A stretch of 64,000 bases of DNA from Thalassobaculaceae bacterium (GCA_965228875.1 OZ245843.1:2958616-3022615); one strand, 5' to 3'. Positions 20,256 to 31,009 are shown, counted from the stretch's first letter. Numbers and translations are program-made. Notes: generated from the sequence alone by a model not told the origin.

Positions 20256-20846
20256 ATGCGCATCGGATTCCTGATGTTCGACGACCTGGAGGAGCTCGAC
20301 ATGGTCGGGCCCTGGGAGGTCTGGACCATGGCCGGACATCTGAAGCCGGAGATCGAATGCATCACCATCGGCCCGAGCGAGGCGCCGGTGCGTTGCGCCA
20401 AAGGGATGCGGGTATGCCCCGATCACACCACGGCCGCCTGCCCCCCGCTCGATGTCCTGGTCGTTCCCGGAGGCCAGGGCACCCGGCGCGAGGTGGACAA
20501 CCCGGACCTGCTGGCCTGGATCGCCCGGACGGCGGAAAGCTGCACCTGGGTGACGTCGGTGTGCACCGGCTCGATGCTGCTGGCGGCGGCCGGGCCCGCG
20601 AAGGGCAAGCGGATCACCACCCACTGGCGTGCCGTCGACCTGGTGCGCGGCCGCGGCGAGGCCGGCGCGGTGCTGGACGACGTGCGCTATGTGCGCGACG
20701 GCAATGTCGTCACCTCGGCCGGAGTGTCGGCGGGAATCGACATGGCCCTGTGGCTGATCGGCGAGATCTGGGAGCCGGCCTTCGCCCGCCAGGTCCAGCG
20801 CAACATGGAATACGACCCGGCCCCGCCGCACCAGGGCGCGGTGTAG
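20256..20846 (+). CDS. DJ-1/PfpI family protein (isonitrile hydratase-like)
   Basis: EELDMVGPWEV, SVCTGS, TSAGVSAGID. Confidence 0.88.
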   Translation: MRIGFLMFDDLEELDMVGPWEVWTMAGHLKPEIECITIGPSEAPVRCAKGMRVCPDHTTAACPPLDVLVVPGGQGTRREVDNPDLLAWIARTAESCTWVTSVCTGSMLLAAAGPAKGKRITTHWRAVDLVRGRGEAGAVLDDVRYVRDGNVVTSAGVSAGIDMALWLIGEIWEPAFARQVQRNMEYDPAPPHQGAV

Positions 20847-20938
20847 CGGTTTCCGATCCCGTCCCACGGGAACAACAGGCCCGGCGGACCGGCCCGACAC
20901 ATAGACCAACCAGAGGGTCGGGTCGACCGCGCCTGCCC

Positions 20939-21889
20939 TTACTCCGCCGCGCCGATGGCCAGGAACTTGTCGCGGCGTTCGGCCCGGAGCTGACCGCCAT
21001 CGCGGCCGACGAGTTCCCCGAGATGCGTCTCGATGGCGGTACCCAGGGCGTCCAGCGCGACCGTCGGCTCGCGATGGGCGCCGCCCAGGGGTTCCGGCAC
21101 GATCCCGTCGATCACGCCCAGCTTCTCAAGATCCTGCGCCGTCATCTTCAACGCCTCGGCCGCGTCCTTGGCATGTTCCGCCGAGCGCCACAGGATCGAG
21201 GCGCAGCCCTCGGGCGAGATCACCGAATAGATCGCGTGCTCCAGCATCAGAACCCGGTTGCCCGCCGCCAGCGCGACCGCGCCGCCGGACCCGCCCTCGC
21301 CGAGAATGGCGGCGATCAGCGGCACGCGCACATCGAGACAGGTTTCGATCGCCCGGGCGATCGCCTCGGCCTGGCCGCGCGCCTCGGCATCGACGCCGGG
21401 ATAGGCGCCGGCGGTATCGACGAAGGTGAGGATCGGCATCCGGAAACGGTCGGCGAACTGCATCAGCCGACGCGCCTTGCGGTACCCCTCGGGCCGGGCC
21501 ATGCCGAAATTCCGCCGCACCCGCTCCTCGGTCGTCGCCCCCTTCTCGGTGCCGATGACCACGACGGATCGCCCCTTGAATCGGCCGACACCGCCGACGA
21601 TCGCCGGATCCTCGGCGAAGGACCGGTCGCCGGCCAGCGGCACATACTCGTCGATCAGGTGGTCGATCGCCGCCTGGGCGTGCGGTCGGCGCGAATGCCG
21701 GGCCACCTGCACCTTCTGCCAGGGTGTGAGGCGCTGGTATGTCGCGCGCAGCTGACGCTCGACCTTGGCCTCCAGCTTGGCGACCTCTTCGGCGATGTTC
21801 AGGTCGCCGTCGCTCGACAGGTGGCGAAGCTCTTCGATCTTGCCTTCGAGATCGGCGATCGGCTTTTCGAAATCGAGGAACTGATGCAT
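20939..21889 (-). CDS. accA: Acetyl-CoA carboxylase carboxyltransferase alpha subunit
   Basis: FLDFEKPI, NFGMARPEGYRKA, GEGGSGGA. Confidence 0.97.
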   Translation of the reverse strand: MHQFLDFEKPIADLEGKIEELRHLSSDGDLNIAEEVAKLEAKVERQLRATYQRLTPWQKVQVARHSRRPHAQAAIDHLIDEYVPLAGDRSFAEDPAIVGGVGRFKGRSVVVIGTEKGATTEERVRRNFGMARPEGYRKARRLMQFADRFRMPILTFVDTAGAYPGVDAEARGQAEAIARAIETCLDVRVPLIAAILGEGGSGGAVALAAGNRVLMLEHAIYSVISPEGCASILWRSAEHAKDAAEALKMTAQDLEKLGVIDGIVPEPLGGAHREPTVALDALGTAIETHLGELVGRDGGQLRAERRDKFLAIGAAE

Positions 21890-21975
21890 GCGGGAAGACT
21901 ACTCCGTTTGCGGCGGCGCACCATACCGACCGCGCCCCTGCCTCTCAAGCGTGGCCGGGCGCGTCGTCGCGCGGT

Positions 21976-22875
21976 TCAGCGCTGTGCCAGCGGGTGATGG
22001 CTCTCGACGAGCGCGCGCAGGCGTTCGGCCAACACATGGGTGTAGATCTGCGTCGTTGAAATATCCGCGTGCCCCAGCATCTGCTGAACGCTGCGCAGAT
22101 CGGCTCCGTGGTCGAGGAGATGGGTGGCGAAGGTATGGCGCAGGACGTGGGGAGAAACCCGTTTGCGGTCGATTCCGGCCTCGACCGCGAGGTCGTCCAG
22201 CAACTGTCCGAACCGGCGCCGGGTCAGATGGCCCTCGGCGGAGCGCGAGGGGAACAGGAACGGCGACGATCTGCCCGTCATGAAGACGCCGCGCACCGGC
22301 TTGTAGTCGCCGATCGCCGCCATCGCCGCATCGGTCAGCGGCACCATGCGCTCCTTGTCGCCCTTGCCGCGCACCAGCAGAACGCGGGCGTCGCGCGCCA
22401 CGGCGGCGAAGGGCAGGCCGACCAGTTCGGACACCCGCAATCCGGTGGCGTAGAGCACCTCGAGCAGACAGACGAGGCGCAGTCCCTCCGGCCCGTCGAC
22501 ACCGCGGGCCGACTCGAGCAACGCGTCGACCTCCGTCTCCGACAGGATCTTCGGCAGCGGACGGCCCTGCCGCGGCGCGTCGATCACCGTGGTCGGATCG
22601 TCGCTGCGATACCCCTCGGCGAAGAGGAAGCGGAAGAACTGCCGCAGCGCCGACAGCCGTCGCGCGGCGGTGCGCGGTGCCATGCCGGCCCGCTCGAGCG
22701 CGTCGAGATAGCCGCGCACGTCGTCGCTCCCGGCCTCGGCAAGGCGTCGACCGGCCAACCAGTCATCGGCATGGGCGAGGTCGCGGCGATAGGCGTCGAG
22801 TGTGTTGCGCGACACACCGCGTTCGGCGATCAGCATCTCCAGAAAGGCTTCGACCGCGGTGTCCGGTGCGGGCAT
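21976..22875 (-). CDS. xerD: Tyrosine recombinase XerD
   Basis: LYATGLRVSEL, SPHVLRHTFATHLL, LGHADISTTQIYTH; xerD-accA synteny typical of alphaproteobacteria. Confidence 0.93.
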   Translation of the reverse strand: MPAPDTAVEAFLEMLIAERGVSRNTLDAYRRDLAHADDWLAGRRLAEAGSDDVRGYLDALERAGMAPRTAARRLSALRQFFRFLFAEGYRSDDPTTVIDAPRQGRPLPKILSETEVDALLESARGVDGPEGLRLVCLLEVLYATGLRVSELVGLPFAAVARDARVLLVRGKGDKERMVPLTDAAMAAIGDYKPVRGVFMTGRSSPFLFPSRSAEGHLTRRRFGQLLDDLAVEAGIDRKRVSPHVLRHTFATHLLDHGADLRSVQQMLGHADISTTQIYTHVLAERLRALVESHHPLAQR

Positions 22876-22892
22876 GGCAGGGACCGACCCGC

Positions 22893-24779
22893 TCACAGTC
22901 CGTGGGCCAGCGCCGCCTCTGCGGCGAACCGCCGGGCCTCGGCCTCCAGACCGACGGCCACCAGCGCCCGCACGATATCGGCAAGCGCCGGCACCGCGAG
23001 CTCGCCAAGCGCGGTCTCCCCCGGCGCCGCGGCGGACAGCACCACCGTCTCGCCCAGGCGCCGGTTCTGCACCGCCGCGCGGATGGCGAAGGCGTAGGCC
23101 GTGCCGGGAACAGCGCTGACCTCGACCGACGGCGCCGACGCCAGCCCGCGCCACGCGTCGTCGCCGACCGGATCGCCGAGCGCCGCCATCAGCGCCAGGG
23201 CGGCCGATCCCCGGATCGAAGCCTGTTGCGGGTCGATCGAGCGCAGATGCTCCCACCAGCGCGCGACGGCCGCCTCATCGAACGGGGTGACGCCGTCGCC
23301 GCCGGCGATCCGCACCGCCGCCCACAGCCGCAGCCACGCGGCGGACGCGTCGCCGACGCCGGACAGCGACAGCCGCCGAAGCCGGTCGATCCACGGGCGC
23401 GCGGCCCGGCTATCGCCGGCGGCCAGCAGGCCACGCACCGCGTCCTCGGCGAACCAGTCCAGATCCGGGCCGGGCGCGAGCGTGACCAGGAACGGCGCGA
23501 ACAGCCGCACGGTCTGCCGCCAGGCGGGGTCGTCCTCCGCCAGTTCCATCGCCTTGGCGATCGCCTGGGCCCGGGCCACCGGCACGGTCTGAGCTTCCGC
23601 AACCCGCCACAGGATCGCCCGGCCGAGCGGTCCCTCGTCCGCCTCGGCGGCGGCGATCGCTCCGTCGACCGACTCGACGGCGACCGAAACCTCGTCGTAC
23701 AGGCTCGTCACCTCCTCCGGAGTCAGGGCCCCGGCGCGCTCGGCCTTCTCGGCCGCGTCCAGCCGGGCGGCGAAGGGCGGGGCGGCCTGCCCCCGTGCCA
23801 GCCCGACCAGAACCGGAAGCGACGGAATGGCGGCGATGTCCGGATCGACCTTCAGGCCGGCGACGCGGGCCAGCGCCAGATGCACCGGTGCGGCCCCGCC
23901 CATCCGGAACTCGGCACCGGCCTGGCCGGTGGACGCCGCCTGCGCCAAAGCCACGATCAGTTCGTCATCGTCACCCAGTTCGGCTAGCAGGCGGGCACCG
24001 AAATCGACCTTGGCGCCGCGTCCGGCCCGGGCGTCGCACACCATCGCGACCTTGATCCAGAACGCGTCCGTCGCCGTGTCGGTCAGGCGATCGAACAGGG
24101 TACAGGCCCGCTCGTCGTCGCCGCGCGCGAAGGCCGCCTCGGTCAGCGGCCGGCTCAGGTCCAGGGACAGACGGTCGCCCGGCACCTGCGCCGCCAGGGC
24201 GGCGAGATCGTCGATCGCGCCAAGCGCCAGCAACCGTTCCGCCCGGGCGGCCAGCAGCGCCCCCTCCGGCGCCAGATCGGCCGGCGCCGGCCCGGCACTC
24301 AGCAGCAGGCGCCGCGCCAGGTCGCGCAAGGCCTGACTGTCCGGCGCGGCCGGCAGCAGAGCGACCAGCCGCAGGGCGATCTCGGCCGGCGTGCCCGACC
24401 AGTAGTCGGGTCGCAGGCCGCCGATCGCCGGCGTCAGGGTGCCGGTGGCATCGACCGTCAGGCGCCGGATCCGGTCGATGGTGATGGCGCCGTCCGATGT
24501 CGTGCGCGACGGTGGCGGCGACGGCGCGGCACGCGACGGGTCCGGGGGCGGCGCCAGGGACGGGGCCAGGAACGGCGACGACCGGTCGTCGGTCGCGGCA
24601 GGCGGCGGGGCGAGACCGGGGGCGGACCCGCCCGGTGGCGGCGCCGGAGGCGGGCCGATCTGGATCGGCGCCCCGACCTGCGCCTGCCCCGGCCCGGACG
24701 CCACCAGAAGCGTTCCGACCAGGACGGCACCCGCCAGGGCGCGCGCGATCATCCGTCGGCTAGCGCGGGAACCGGTCAT
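22893..24779 (-). CDS. Conserved exported Ala-rich helical protein
   Basis: Signal peptide, Pro-rich linker, helical body; located between aroK and xerD. Confidence 0.7.
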   Translation of the reverse strand: MTGSRASRRMIARALAGAVLVGTLLVASGPGQAQVGAPIQIGPPPAPPPGGSAPGLAPPPAATDDRSSPFLAPSLAPPPDPSRAAPSPPPSRTTSDGAITIDRIRRLTVDATGTLTPAIGGLRPDYWSGTPAEIALRLVALLPAAPDSQALRDLARRLLLSAGPAPADLAPEGALLAARAERLLALGAIDDLAALAAQVPGDRLSLDLSRPLTEAAFARGDDERACTLFDRLTDTATDAFWIKVAMVCDARAGRGAKVDFGARLLAELGDDDELIVALAQAASTGQAGAEFRMGGAAPVHLALARVAGLKVDPDIAAIPSLPVLVGLARGQAAPPFAARLDAAEKAERAGALTPEEVTSLYDEVSVAVESVDGAIAAAEADEGPLGRAILWRVAEAQTVPVARAQAIAKAMELAEDDPAWRQTVRLFAPFLVTLAPGPDLDWFAEDAVRGLLAAGDSRAARPWIDRLRRLSLSGVGDASAAWLRLWAAVRIAGGDGVTPFDEAAVARWWEHLRSIDPQQASIRGSAALALMAALGDPVGDDAWRGLASAPSVEVSAVPGTAYAFAIRAAVQNRRLGETVVLSAAAPGETALGELAVPALADIVRALVAVGLEAEARRFAAEAALAHGL

Positions 24780-24897
24780 TGGGAATCACCTTCTCGACCG
24801 GTGCGGTCGGCGCCGGAATGTCCCAGGTGAGCAGGAACACGGCCCCGCCGGCCAGGATCAGGATGAGCAGGAAGAACAGGAAGAGGGTAAAACGCAT
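24760..24897 (-). CDS. 45-aa single-TM small protein (not in the ORF track)
   Basis: MRFTLFLFFLLILILAGGAVFLLTWDIPAPTAPVEKVIPNDRFPR*; overlaps the start of the next gene. Confidence 0.7.
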   Translation of the reverse strand: MRFTLFLFFLLILILAGGAVFLLTWDIPAPTAPVEKVIPNDRFPR

Positions 24898-25092
24898 GGC
24901 CAAGGCCCGGTCGCCGGAATCGGTTCAGGACGACGCCCCCACCCCGGCGCCAGGTCGCGCCGTCAGTCGGCTGGCGGGCGTCGCGACGCATATGCTACGG
25001 TCCTAACTAAGGCGCGACGGAGGCACTGTAACCGGTGGCGGCCCGCGTGCGCAACGAACCCACGGGATCCGGCCATGTCCGGGGCATCAACC

Positions 25093-25725
25093 ATGGCGGC
25101 TCGCCCGACCACAACGCCAGCATTGACCGAATCGCACCCCCCGCACCCCACCCCGAGCGATGATTCCCCGTCCGAGCCGTGCCCTTTGACCGGCCCGCTG
25201 GTGCTTGTCGGGCTGATGGGGGCCGGCAAGAGCAGCATCGGACGTCGGCTGGCCCAGCGCCTCGGCGTCCCCTTCGCCGATGCCGACACGGAGATCGAGA
25301 AGGCGGCGGGACGGACCATTCCGGAAATCTTCGAGGCCTTCGGCGAGGAGGAGTTCCGCAACGGCGAACGCCGGGTGATCCGACGCCTCATGGAAAGCGG
25401 CGGCCCCCGGGTGCTGGCCACCGGCGGCGGCGCGTTCATGGCCGACGACACCCGCGCCCTGATCCGCGAGCGCGGCCTCTCACTCTGGCTGAAGGCCGAT
25501 TTCGAGACCCTGTTCGAGCGCGTCTCGAAGCGCTCCAACCGGCCGCTGCTGAAGACCGCGGATCCGCAGGCCACCCTGCGCGAGCTGATGCAGCGGCGCT
25601 ATCCGGTCTACGGCGAGGCCGACATCGTCATCGAGACCCGGCGCGTTCCGATTGAGGAGACGGTCGATAAGGTCTATCACGCGGTTCTCGACCACATCGC
25701 GCGCGGAGCGGCGACTCAGGAATGA
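25093..25725 (+). CDS. aroK: Shikimate kinase
   Basis: GLMGAGKS, ATGGGAF, RPLL; start uncertain (25075 or 25093). Confidence 0.93.
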   Translation: MAARPTTTPALTESHPPHPTPSDDSPSEPCPLTGPLVLVGLMGAGKSSIGRRLAQRLGVPFADADTEIEKAAGRTIPEIFEAFGEEEFRNGERRVIRRLMESGGPRVLATGGGAFMADDTRALIRERGLSLWLKADFETLFERVSKRSNRPLLKTADPQATLRELMQRRYPVYGEADIVIETRRVPIEETVDKVYHAVLDHIARGAATQE

Positions 25726-25816
25726 CGAGGTCCCAGGAGTTCCCTTGCCGGGAAACCGACGATCGGGGCCTCCCGTTCCGGGAAACACCGAGAGTCCAGG
25801 CAACACCGAGACAGGC

Positions 25817-26947
25817 ATGAGCAGCGACATCGAGACCGTCGAGGTCGACCTCGCCGACCGGCGCTATGCGATCCGCGTCGGCGCCGGCCTGATCGCCAGC
25901 GCCGACCGCGAGCTGGCCGACCTGGCCGACGGCCGCCAGGTCGTGGTGATCGCCGACGAGGGACTGGCGGGCCGGCATCTGGAGACCCTGGACGCGGCCC
26001 TGCGGCGTGGTCCGGCGCGGCGCGTCGATACCCTGACCACGCCGGCCGGCGAGTCTGGCAAGACCTTCGCGCGCTACCAGGACCTGGCGGAGCGGGTGCT
26101 CGGGATCGGGATCGACCGCCGCACGCTGATCGTCGCCTTCGGCGGCGGCGTGGTCGGCGACCTCGCGGGTTTTCTCGCCGCGAGCCTGCTGCGCGGCCTC
26201 GACTTCGTGCAGATCCCGACGACCCTGCTGGCCCAGGTCGACAGTTCGGTCGGCGGGAAGACTGGCATCAACACGGTTCACGGCAAGAACCTGGTCGGCG
26301 CCTTTCACCAGCCGCGGCGCGTGCTGATCGACACGACGGTGCTCGACACCCTGCCGCGGCGCGAACTGCTGGCCGGTTACGCCGAAGTGGCCAAGTACGG
26401 CGCCATCGGCGACCGCGATTTCTTCGAATGGCTGGAACGCCACGGCGGCGCGGTGGTGGACGGAGACGCCGACGCGCGCCGGTACGCGATCGTCGCCTCC
26501 TGCCGTACGAAGGCCGAGGTCGTCGCCGGCGACGAGCGCGAGTCGGCGGGCGGCCGCCGCGCGCTGCTGAACTTCGGCCACACCTTTGGGCACGCGCTTG
26601 AGGCGATGGCCGGCTATGACGGCTCTCTGCTGCACGGCGAGGCGGTGGCGGTCGGTATGGTGCTGGCGGCGCGGCTGTCGGTCGAGACCGGCGCCTGCGC
26701 CGGGCAGGATGCCGAGCGGCTGACCCGGCACCTGGAGGCGGTCGGACTGCGGACCGCCCTCGACCAGGTCGATCCGGCGGGCGACTGGTCGGCGGATGCG
26801 CTTCTCGCCCACATGGTAAAGGACAAGAAGGCGCGCGACGGCCGTATCGTCTTCGTCCTGCTCGACATGCTCGGCGCAGCGCGGGTGCGCGACGACATCG
26901 ACCCCGCTCTCGCCCGCGCGCTGCTCACCCGGCCCAAGGCCGCCTGA
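25817..26947 (+). CDS. aroB: 3-dehydroquinate synthase
   Basis: GGGVVGDLAGF, QVDSSVGGKTGIN, LNFGHTFGHA. Confidence 0.96.
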   Translation: MSSDIETVEVDLADRRYAIRVGAGLIASADRELADLADGRQVVVIADEGLAGRHLETLDAALRRGPARRVDTLTTPAGESGKTFARYQDLAERVLGIGIDRRTLIVAFGGGVVGDLAGFLAASLLRGLDFVQIPTTLLAQVDSSVGGKTGINTVHGKNLVGAFHQPRRVLIDTTVLDTLPRRELLAGYAEVAKYGAIGDRDFFEWLERHGGAVVDGDADARRYAIVASCRTKAEVVAGDERESAGGRRALLNFGHTFGHALEAMAGYDGSLLHGEAVAVGMVLAARLSVETGACAGQDAERLTRHLEAVGLRTALDQVDPAGDWSADALLAHMVKDKKARDGRIVFVLLDMLGAARVRDDIDPALARALLTRPKAA

Positions 26948-26964
26948 GCCGGGGACACGCCGCC

Positions 26965-28272
26965 ATGGACCTTCCGTCTACCCTCGACATCGACATGGAG
27001 ACCGCGATCACTCTCGGGGTGATCGCGCTGCTGATCCTGCTCTCCGGGTTCTTCTCCGGCTCGGAGACGGCGCTGACCGCCGCCAGCAAGGCGCGTCTGA
27101 GCCAGCTCGCCCGCAAGGGCAGCGCCCGGGCGGCGACGGTGGTCGACCTCAAGGACAAGAGCGACAGCCTGATCGGCGCCATCCTGATCGGCAACAACAT
27201 CGCCAATATCCTGGCCTCGGCGCTGGCGACCAGCGCCATGATCTCCCTCATCGGCGAGAACGGTGTCGCCATCGCCACCCTGGCGATGACGGTGCTGGTG
27301 GTGATCTTCGCCGAGGTGCTGCCCAAGACCTACGCCATCAACAACGCCGACAAGATGGCGCTGGTCGTCGGCCCGATCGTGCGGGCGCTGGTGTTCGTGC
27401 TGACGCCGTTCACCTGGGCGACGCGGGTCATCGTCGGTGGAACGCTGCGCCTGTTCGGTGTCTCGGTCGCCGCCGGCCTCGGCCACGACGAGCGGGAGGA
27501 GGAGTTGCGCGGGCTGATCGAGATGCATGCCGATGGCGGCCAGGAGGTCGAGCACGAGCGCGCCATGCTGCGCAGCATCCTCGATCTCGCGGATGTCGAG
27601 GTCGAGGAGATCATGACCCACCGCGGCTCGGTCCGGATGATCGACGCCGACGCCCCGATCGACGCCCTGCTGGAGGAGGTGCTCGAGAGTCCGTTCACCC
27701 GCCTGCCGCTGTACCGCGAGGAGCAGGACAACATCGTCGGCGTGCTGCACGTCAAGGCGCTGCTCCGGGCGATCCGTGCCGCCAAGGGCTCGACGCCGGA
27801 GAGCTTCGACGTCATGGGGATCGCCAGCGAACCCTGGTTCATCCCCGACACCACCACGCTGCTCGACCAGCTCCAGGCGTTCCGCGAGCGGCGCGAGCAC
27901 TTCGCCGTGGTCGTCGACGAGTACGGCAGCTTCATGGGCGTGGTGACGCTCGAGGACATCCTGGAGGAGATCGTCGGCGACATCCTCGACGAGCACGACG
28001 TGGCCGTCGCCGGCGTGCGTCCGCAGCCGGACGGATCCTACATCGTCGACGGGTCGGTGACCCTGCGCGACCTGAACCGCGAGTTCGAGTGGGACCTGCC
28101 CGACGAAGAGGCCTCCACCATCGCCGGTCTCGTGCTATACGAGGCGAGGAAGATCCCCGATGTCGGGCAGGAATTCTCCTTCCACGGCTTCCGCTTCCGC
28201 ATCCTGCGGCGCCATCGCAATCAGATGACCCTGCTGCGCATGACCCCGATCACCGGGTCTCCGGCCGACTGA
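26965..28272 (+). CDS. HlyC/CorC (CNNM, CBS) transporter
   Basis: FFSGSETA, FAEVLPK, VVDEYG, TLEDILEEIVG. Confidence 0.92.
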   Translation: MDLPSTLDIDMETAITLGVIALLILLSGFFSGSETALTAASKARLSQLARKGSARAATVVDLKDKSDSLIGAILIGNNIANILASALATSAMISLIGENGVAIATLAMTVLVVIFAEVLPKTYAINNADKMALVVGPIVRALVFVLTPFTWATRVIVGGTLRLFGVSVAAGLGHDEREEELRGLIEMHADGGQEVEHERAMLRSILDLADVEVEEIMTHRGSVRMIDADAPIDALLEEVLESPFTRLPLYREEQDNIVGVLHVKALLRAIRAAKGSTPESFDVMGIASEPWFIPDTTTLLDQLQAFRERREHFAVVVDEYGSFMGVVTLEDILEEIVGDILDEHDVAVAGVRPQPDGSYIVDGSVTLRDLNREFEWDLPDEEASTIAGLVLYEARKIPDVGQEFSFHGFRFRILRRHRNQMTLLRMTPITGSPAD

Positions 28273-28359
28273 CCGCTCCCGCGGCACCCGACGCCGGCGT
28301 CCGCAGCCGGCAATCGGTTCCGAGCCGCCGCTCGCCCCTCCACCCGACGAGACAGCCCC

Positions 28360-28956
28360 ATGCCCCTGAGCCCTCCCGTTGAGCGCGCCCCCGTCCACGA
28401 CCGCACCATCGTCTGCAAGGGCTGGCGGCGCAGCGACGGGATGTGGGACATCGAGGGCCACCTGGTCGACACCAAGAGCTACGCCTTTCCGAACGAGTTC
28501 CGCGGTACCGTCGAGGCCGGCGAGCCGATCCACGACATGTGGCTGCGGCTGACCGTGGACGAGAACCTGGTCGTGCGCGGCGCGGAGGCCGCCACCGACA
28601 CCGGTCCGTTCCCGATCTGCCCGGCGATCACCGCGAACTTCAAACGGCTCGAAGGGCTGTCGATCGGCGCCGGCTGGCGCAAATCGATACGCGAGCGGCT
28701 TGGCGGCGTCGAGGGATGCACCCACCTCGTCGAACTGCTCGGCCCGCTGGCCACGGTCGCCTTCCAGACGATCTTCGGCGAGAAGGCCCGCATGAAGCGC
28801 GAGGCCGAGGCCCGCGGCGAGACGGCCGACGACCCGGAAGCGTCCGGGCGCAAGCCGCGCCTGCTCAACACCTGCCACGCCTTCGCCGAGACCAGTCCGG
28901 TGGTCGAGCGCCTGTGGCCGGACTGGTACCGCTCCAATGCGGAGGCGGGGGAGTAG
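28360..28956 (+). CDS. DUF2889 family protein
   Basis: HDRTI...WDIEGHLVDTK, GCTHLVEL, LNTCHA. Confidence 0.8.
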   Translation: MPLSPPVERAPVHDRTIVCKGWRRSDGMWDIEGHLVDTKSYAFPNEFRGTVEAGEPIHDMWLRLTVDENLVVRGAEAATDTGPFPICPAITANFKRLEGLSIGAGWRKSIRERLGGVEGCTHLVELLGPLATVAFQTIFGEKARMKREAEARGETADDPEASGRKPRLLNTCHAFAETSPVVERLWPDWYRSNAEAGE

Positions 28957-28961
28957 GGTTC

Positions 28962-29774
28962 CTACCGCCCGACGAAGGTCGGCTTCTCCTTGGCCAGGAA
29001 CGCCTTGTAGCCGCGCTGGAAATCCTCGGTGTTGAAGGCGTCGTAGCCCTCGTCGATCTCGGCGGCGGTGAGCGGTGCCGGGTCGATCAGGCGGTAGACG
29101 AACTTCTTGTGCCAGCGCGCGGTGAGCGGCGCCCCCTCGGCGATCTTGCGCGCCCATTCGTAGGCGGCGGCCTCGACCTGGTCGTCCGGCACCACCTTGT
29201 TCACGATGCCATAGTGAAACGCCTTCTCGGCGTTCAGCAGGTCGCCGACGAGCAGCACCTCCAGCATGGCGGTGGCGCCGTACTTCTTCACCTGGAACTC
29301 CAGCTCCTCCGCCGACTCGACCAGCCCGAGGCGTTTGACCGGCACGCCGAAGCGGCTGCCCTCGCCGCAGATCCTCAGGTCGCAGAGTGCGGCCAGTCCG
29401 AAACCGCCGCCGACGCACAACCCCTCGATCAGCGCGATGGTCGGATGCCGGCAGGCGACCACGGCGTGACCGGACGGGTTCGAGGTCTTGGCGTACTCGA
29501 TTGCCGCCGCCTTGTCCTTGCGCACGCTCTCGAACTCGGAGATGTCGGCCCCGGCGGAGAACGCCTTGCCGCCGGCGCCGCGGATCACGACGCAGCGCAG
29601 TTCGGGATCGGCGTCGAGCGCCTGGAACACCCTGCCCAGCGCGCCGAACACCTCCAGGTTCATGGCGTTGTGCTTGGCCGCCCGGTTGATCGTTACCGTG
29701 GCGATCCGGTCCTCGACATGGACCAGGACATCCTCGGTTCCGCTCATCGCGCTGGTTCCCCTGACTTCGCTCAT
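28962..29774 (-). CDS. Enoyl-CoA hydratase/isomerase
   Basis: AFSAGADI, GLCVGGG, AFLAKEKPTF. Confidence 0.9.
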   Translation of the reverse strand: MSEVRGTSAMSGTEDVLVHVEDRIATVTINRAAKHNAMNLEVFGALGRVFQALDADPELRCVVIRGAGGKAFSAGADISEFESVRKDKAAAIEYAKTSNPSGHAVVACRHPTIALIEGLCVGGGFGLAALCDLRICGEGSRFGVPVKRLGLVESAEELEFQVKKYGATAMLEVLLVGDLLNAEKAFHYGIVNKVVPDDQVEAAAYEWARKIAEGAPLTARWHKKFVYRLIDPAPLTAAEIDEGYDAFNTEDFQRGYKAFLAKEKPTFVGR

Positions 29775-31009
29775 TCAGCCGCCTCCTTGCTCGGGACGTC
29801 GCCCAACAGGACCGCCCCACTCTCCGCCATCGCCGCGATTTCGGCCTCGGTGTACCCCAGTTCCTCCAGCATCTCGCCGGTGTGCTGACCGAACAGCGGC
29901 GATGGCGCCGCCACCCGGCCGGGGGTGTCGTCGAACTTGATCGGCAGGCCGATGGTCTGCACCCGCCCGGCCACCGGATGGTCGACATGGGGCACCATCT
30001 CGCGGGCGATCGCCTGCGGATCGCGGTGCATCTCCATCACGTCGAAGATCGGCCCGGCGGGAATGCCCCGCGCCTCGAACTCGGCCAGCCAGTCGGCGCT
30101 GCTTCGGGTCTCGAACCGGGCATTGAGTTCGGACTCGAGGTCCTTGAGATTGGCCATGCGGTCGCCGTTGGTGCGGAACCGCGGATCCTCCGCCAGTTCC
30201 GGCGCGCCGATCATCTCCAGCATGCCGGCCCAGAAATGGGCGGTGTTGGCGGCGATGTTGATGTAGCCGTCCGCCGTCCGCACCGCCTGGTACGGCGCGT
30301 TCAGCGGATGGGCCGAGCCCATGGCCCGCGGCGCCACGCCGGTGGCGAAGGCGATGGCCGACTGCCAGTAGGTGTGGGTGATCCCGGCCTCGAGCAGCGA
30401 CGTGTCCAGTCGCTGGCCCTCGCCGGTCTTCAGCCGGTGGGAATAGGCGGCGCAGACGCCCAGCGCCAGGAGCAGGCCGGCGGTGATGTCGCAGACCGGG
30501 GCGCCGACCTTCACCGGCGGGCCGTCCGGGCGCTCGCCGGTGATGCTCATCAGCCCGCTCATCCCCTGCGCGACCAGGTCGAAGCCGCCGCGCGCGGCAT
30601 AGGGTCCGGTGCGGCCGAACCCGGAGATCGACGCATAGATCAGCGCCGGATTGATCGCCTTCAGCGTGTCGTAACCGAGACCGAGCCGGTCGAGCACGCC
30701 GGGGCGGAAGTTCTCGGTCAGAACGTCGGCGCGGGCGACCAGCTTGCGCAGGATCTCCGCGCCCTCCTTCGTCTTCAGGTCGATGACGACGCCGCGCTTG
30801 TTGCGGTTCATCATCATGAAGGCCGCCGCCTCGCCGTTGATCTCCGGCGGCAGGTTGCGTCGCGTGTCGTCGCCGCCCTTGATCTTCTCCACCTTGATCA
30901 CGTCGGCGCCCATGTCGGCCAGCATCAGCCCACAGGTCGGGCCGGCCATGTGGTGGCACAGCTCGATCACCGTCATGCCCTGCAGCGGGCCGAACCCCCG
31001 GTTCGCCAT
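29771..31009 (-). CDS. CaiB/BaiF class III CoA transferase
   Basis: LADMGADVIKVE, NRNKR, ENFRPG, GFDLVAQGMSG. Confidence 0.92.
   Translation of the reverse strand: MANRGFGPLQGMTVIELCHHMAGPTCGLMLADMGADVIKVEKIKGGDDTRRNLPPEINGEAAAFMMMNRNKRGVVIDLKTKEGAEILRKLVARADVLTENFRPGVLDRLGLGYDTLKAINPALIYASISGFGRTGPYAARGGFDLVAQGMSGLMSITGERPDGPPVKVGAPVCDITAGLLLALGVCAAYSHRLKTGEGQRLDTSLLEAGITHTYWQSAIAFATGVAPRAMGSAHPLNAPYQAVRTADGYINIAANTAHFWAGMLEMIGAPELAEDPRFRTNGDRMANLKDLESELNARFETRSSADWLAEFEARGIPAGPIFDVMEMHRDPQAIAREMVPHVDHPVAGRVQTIGLPIKFDDTPGRVAAPSPLFGQHTGEMLEELGYTEAEIAAMAESGAVLLGDVPSKEAAE

Noticed and set aside
21976..22875. Integrase of a second mobile element
   Set aside because: Housekeeping XerD in core aroK/accA synteny with host-like GC
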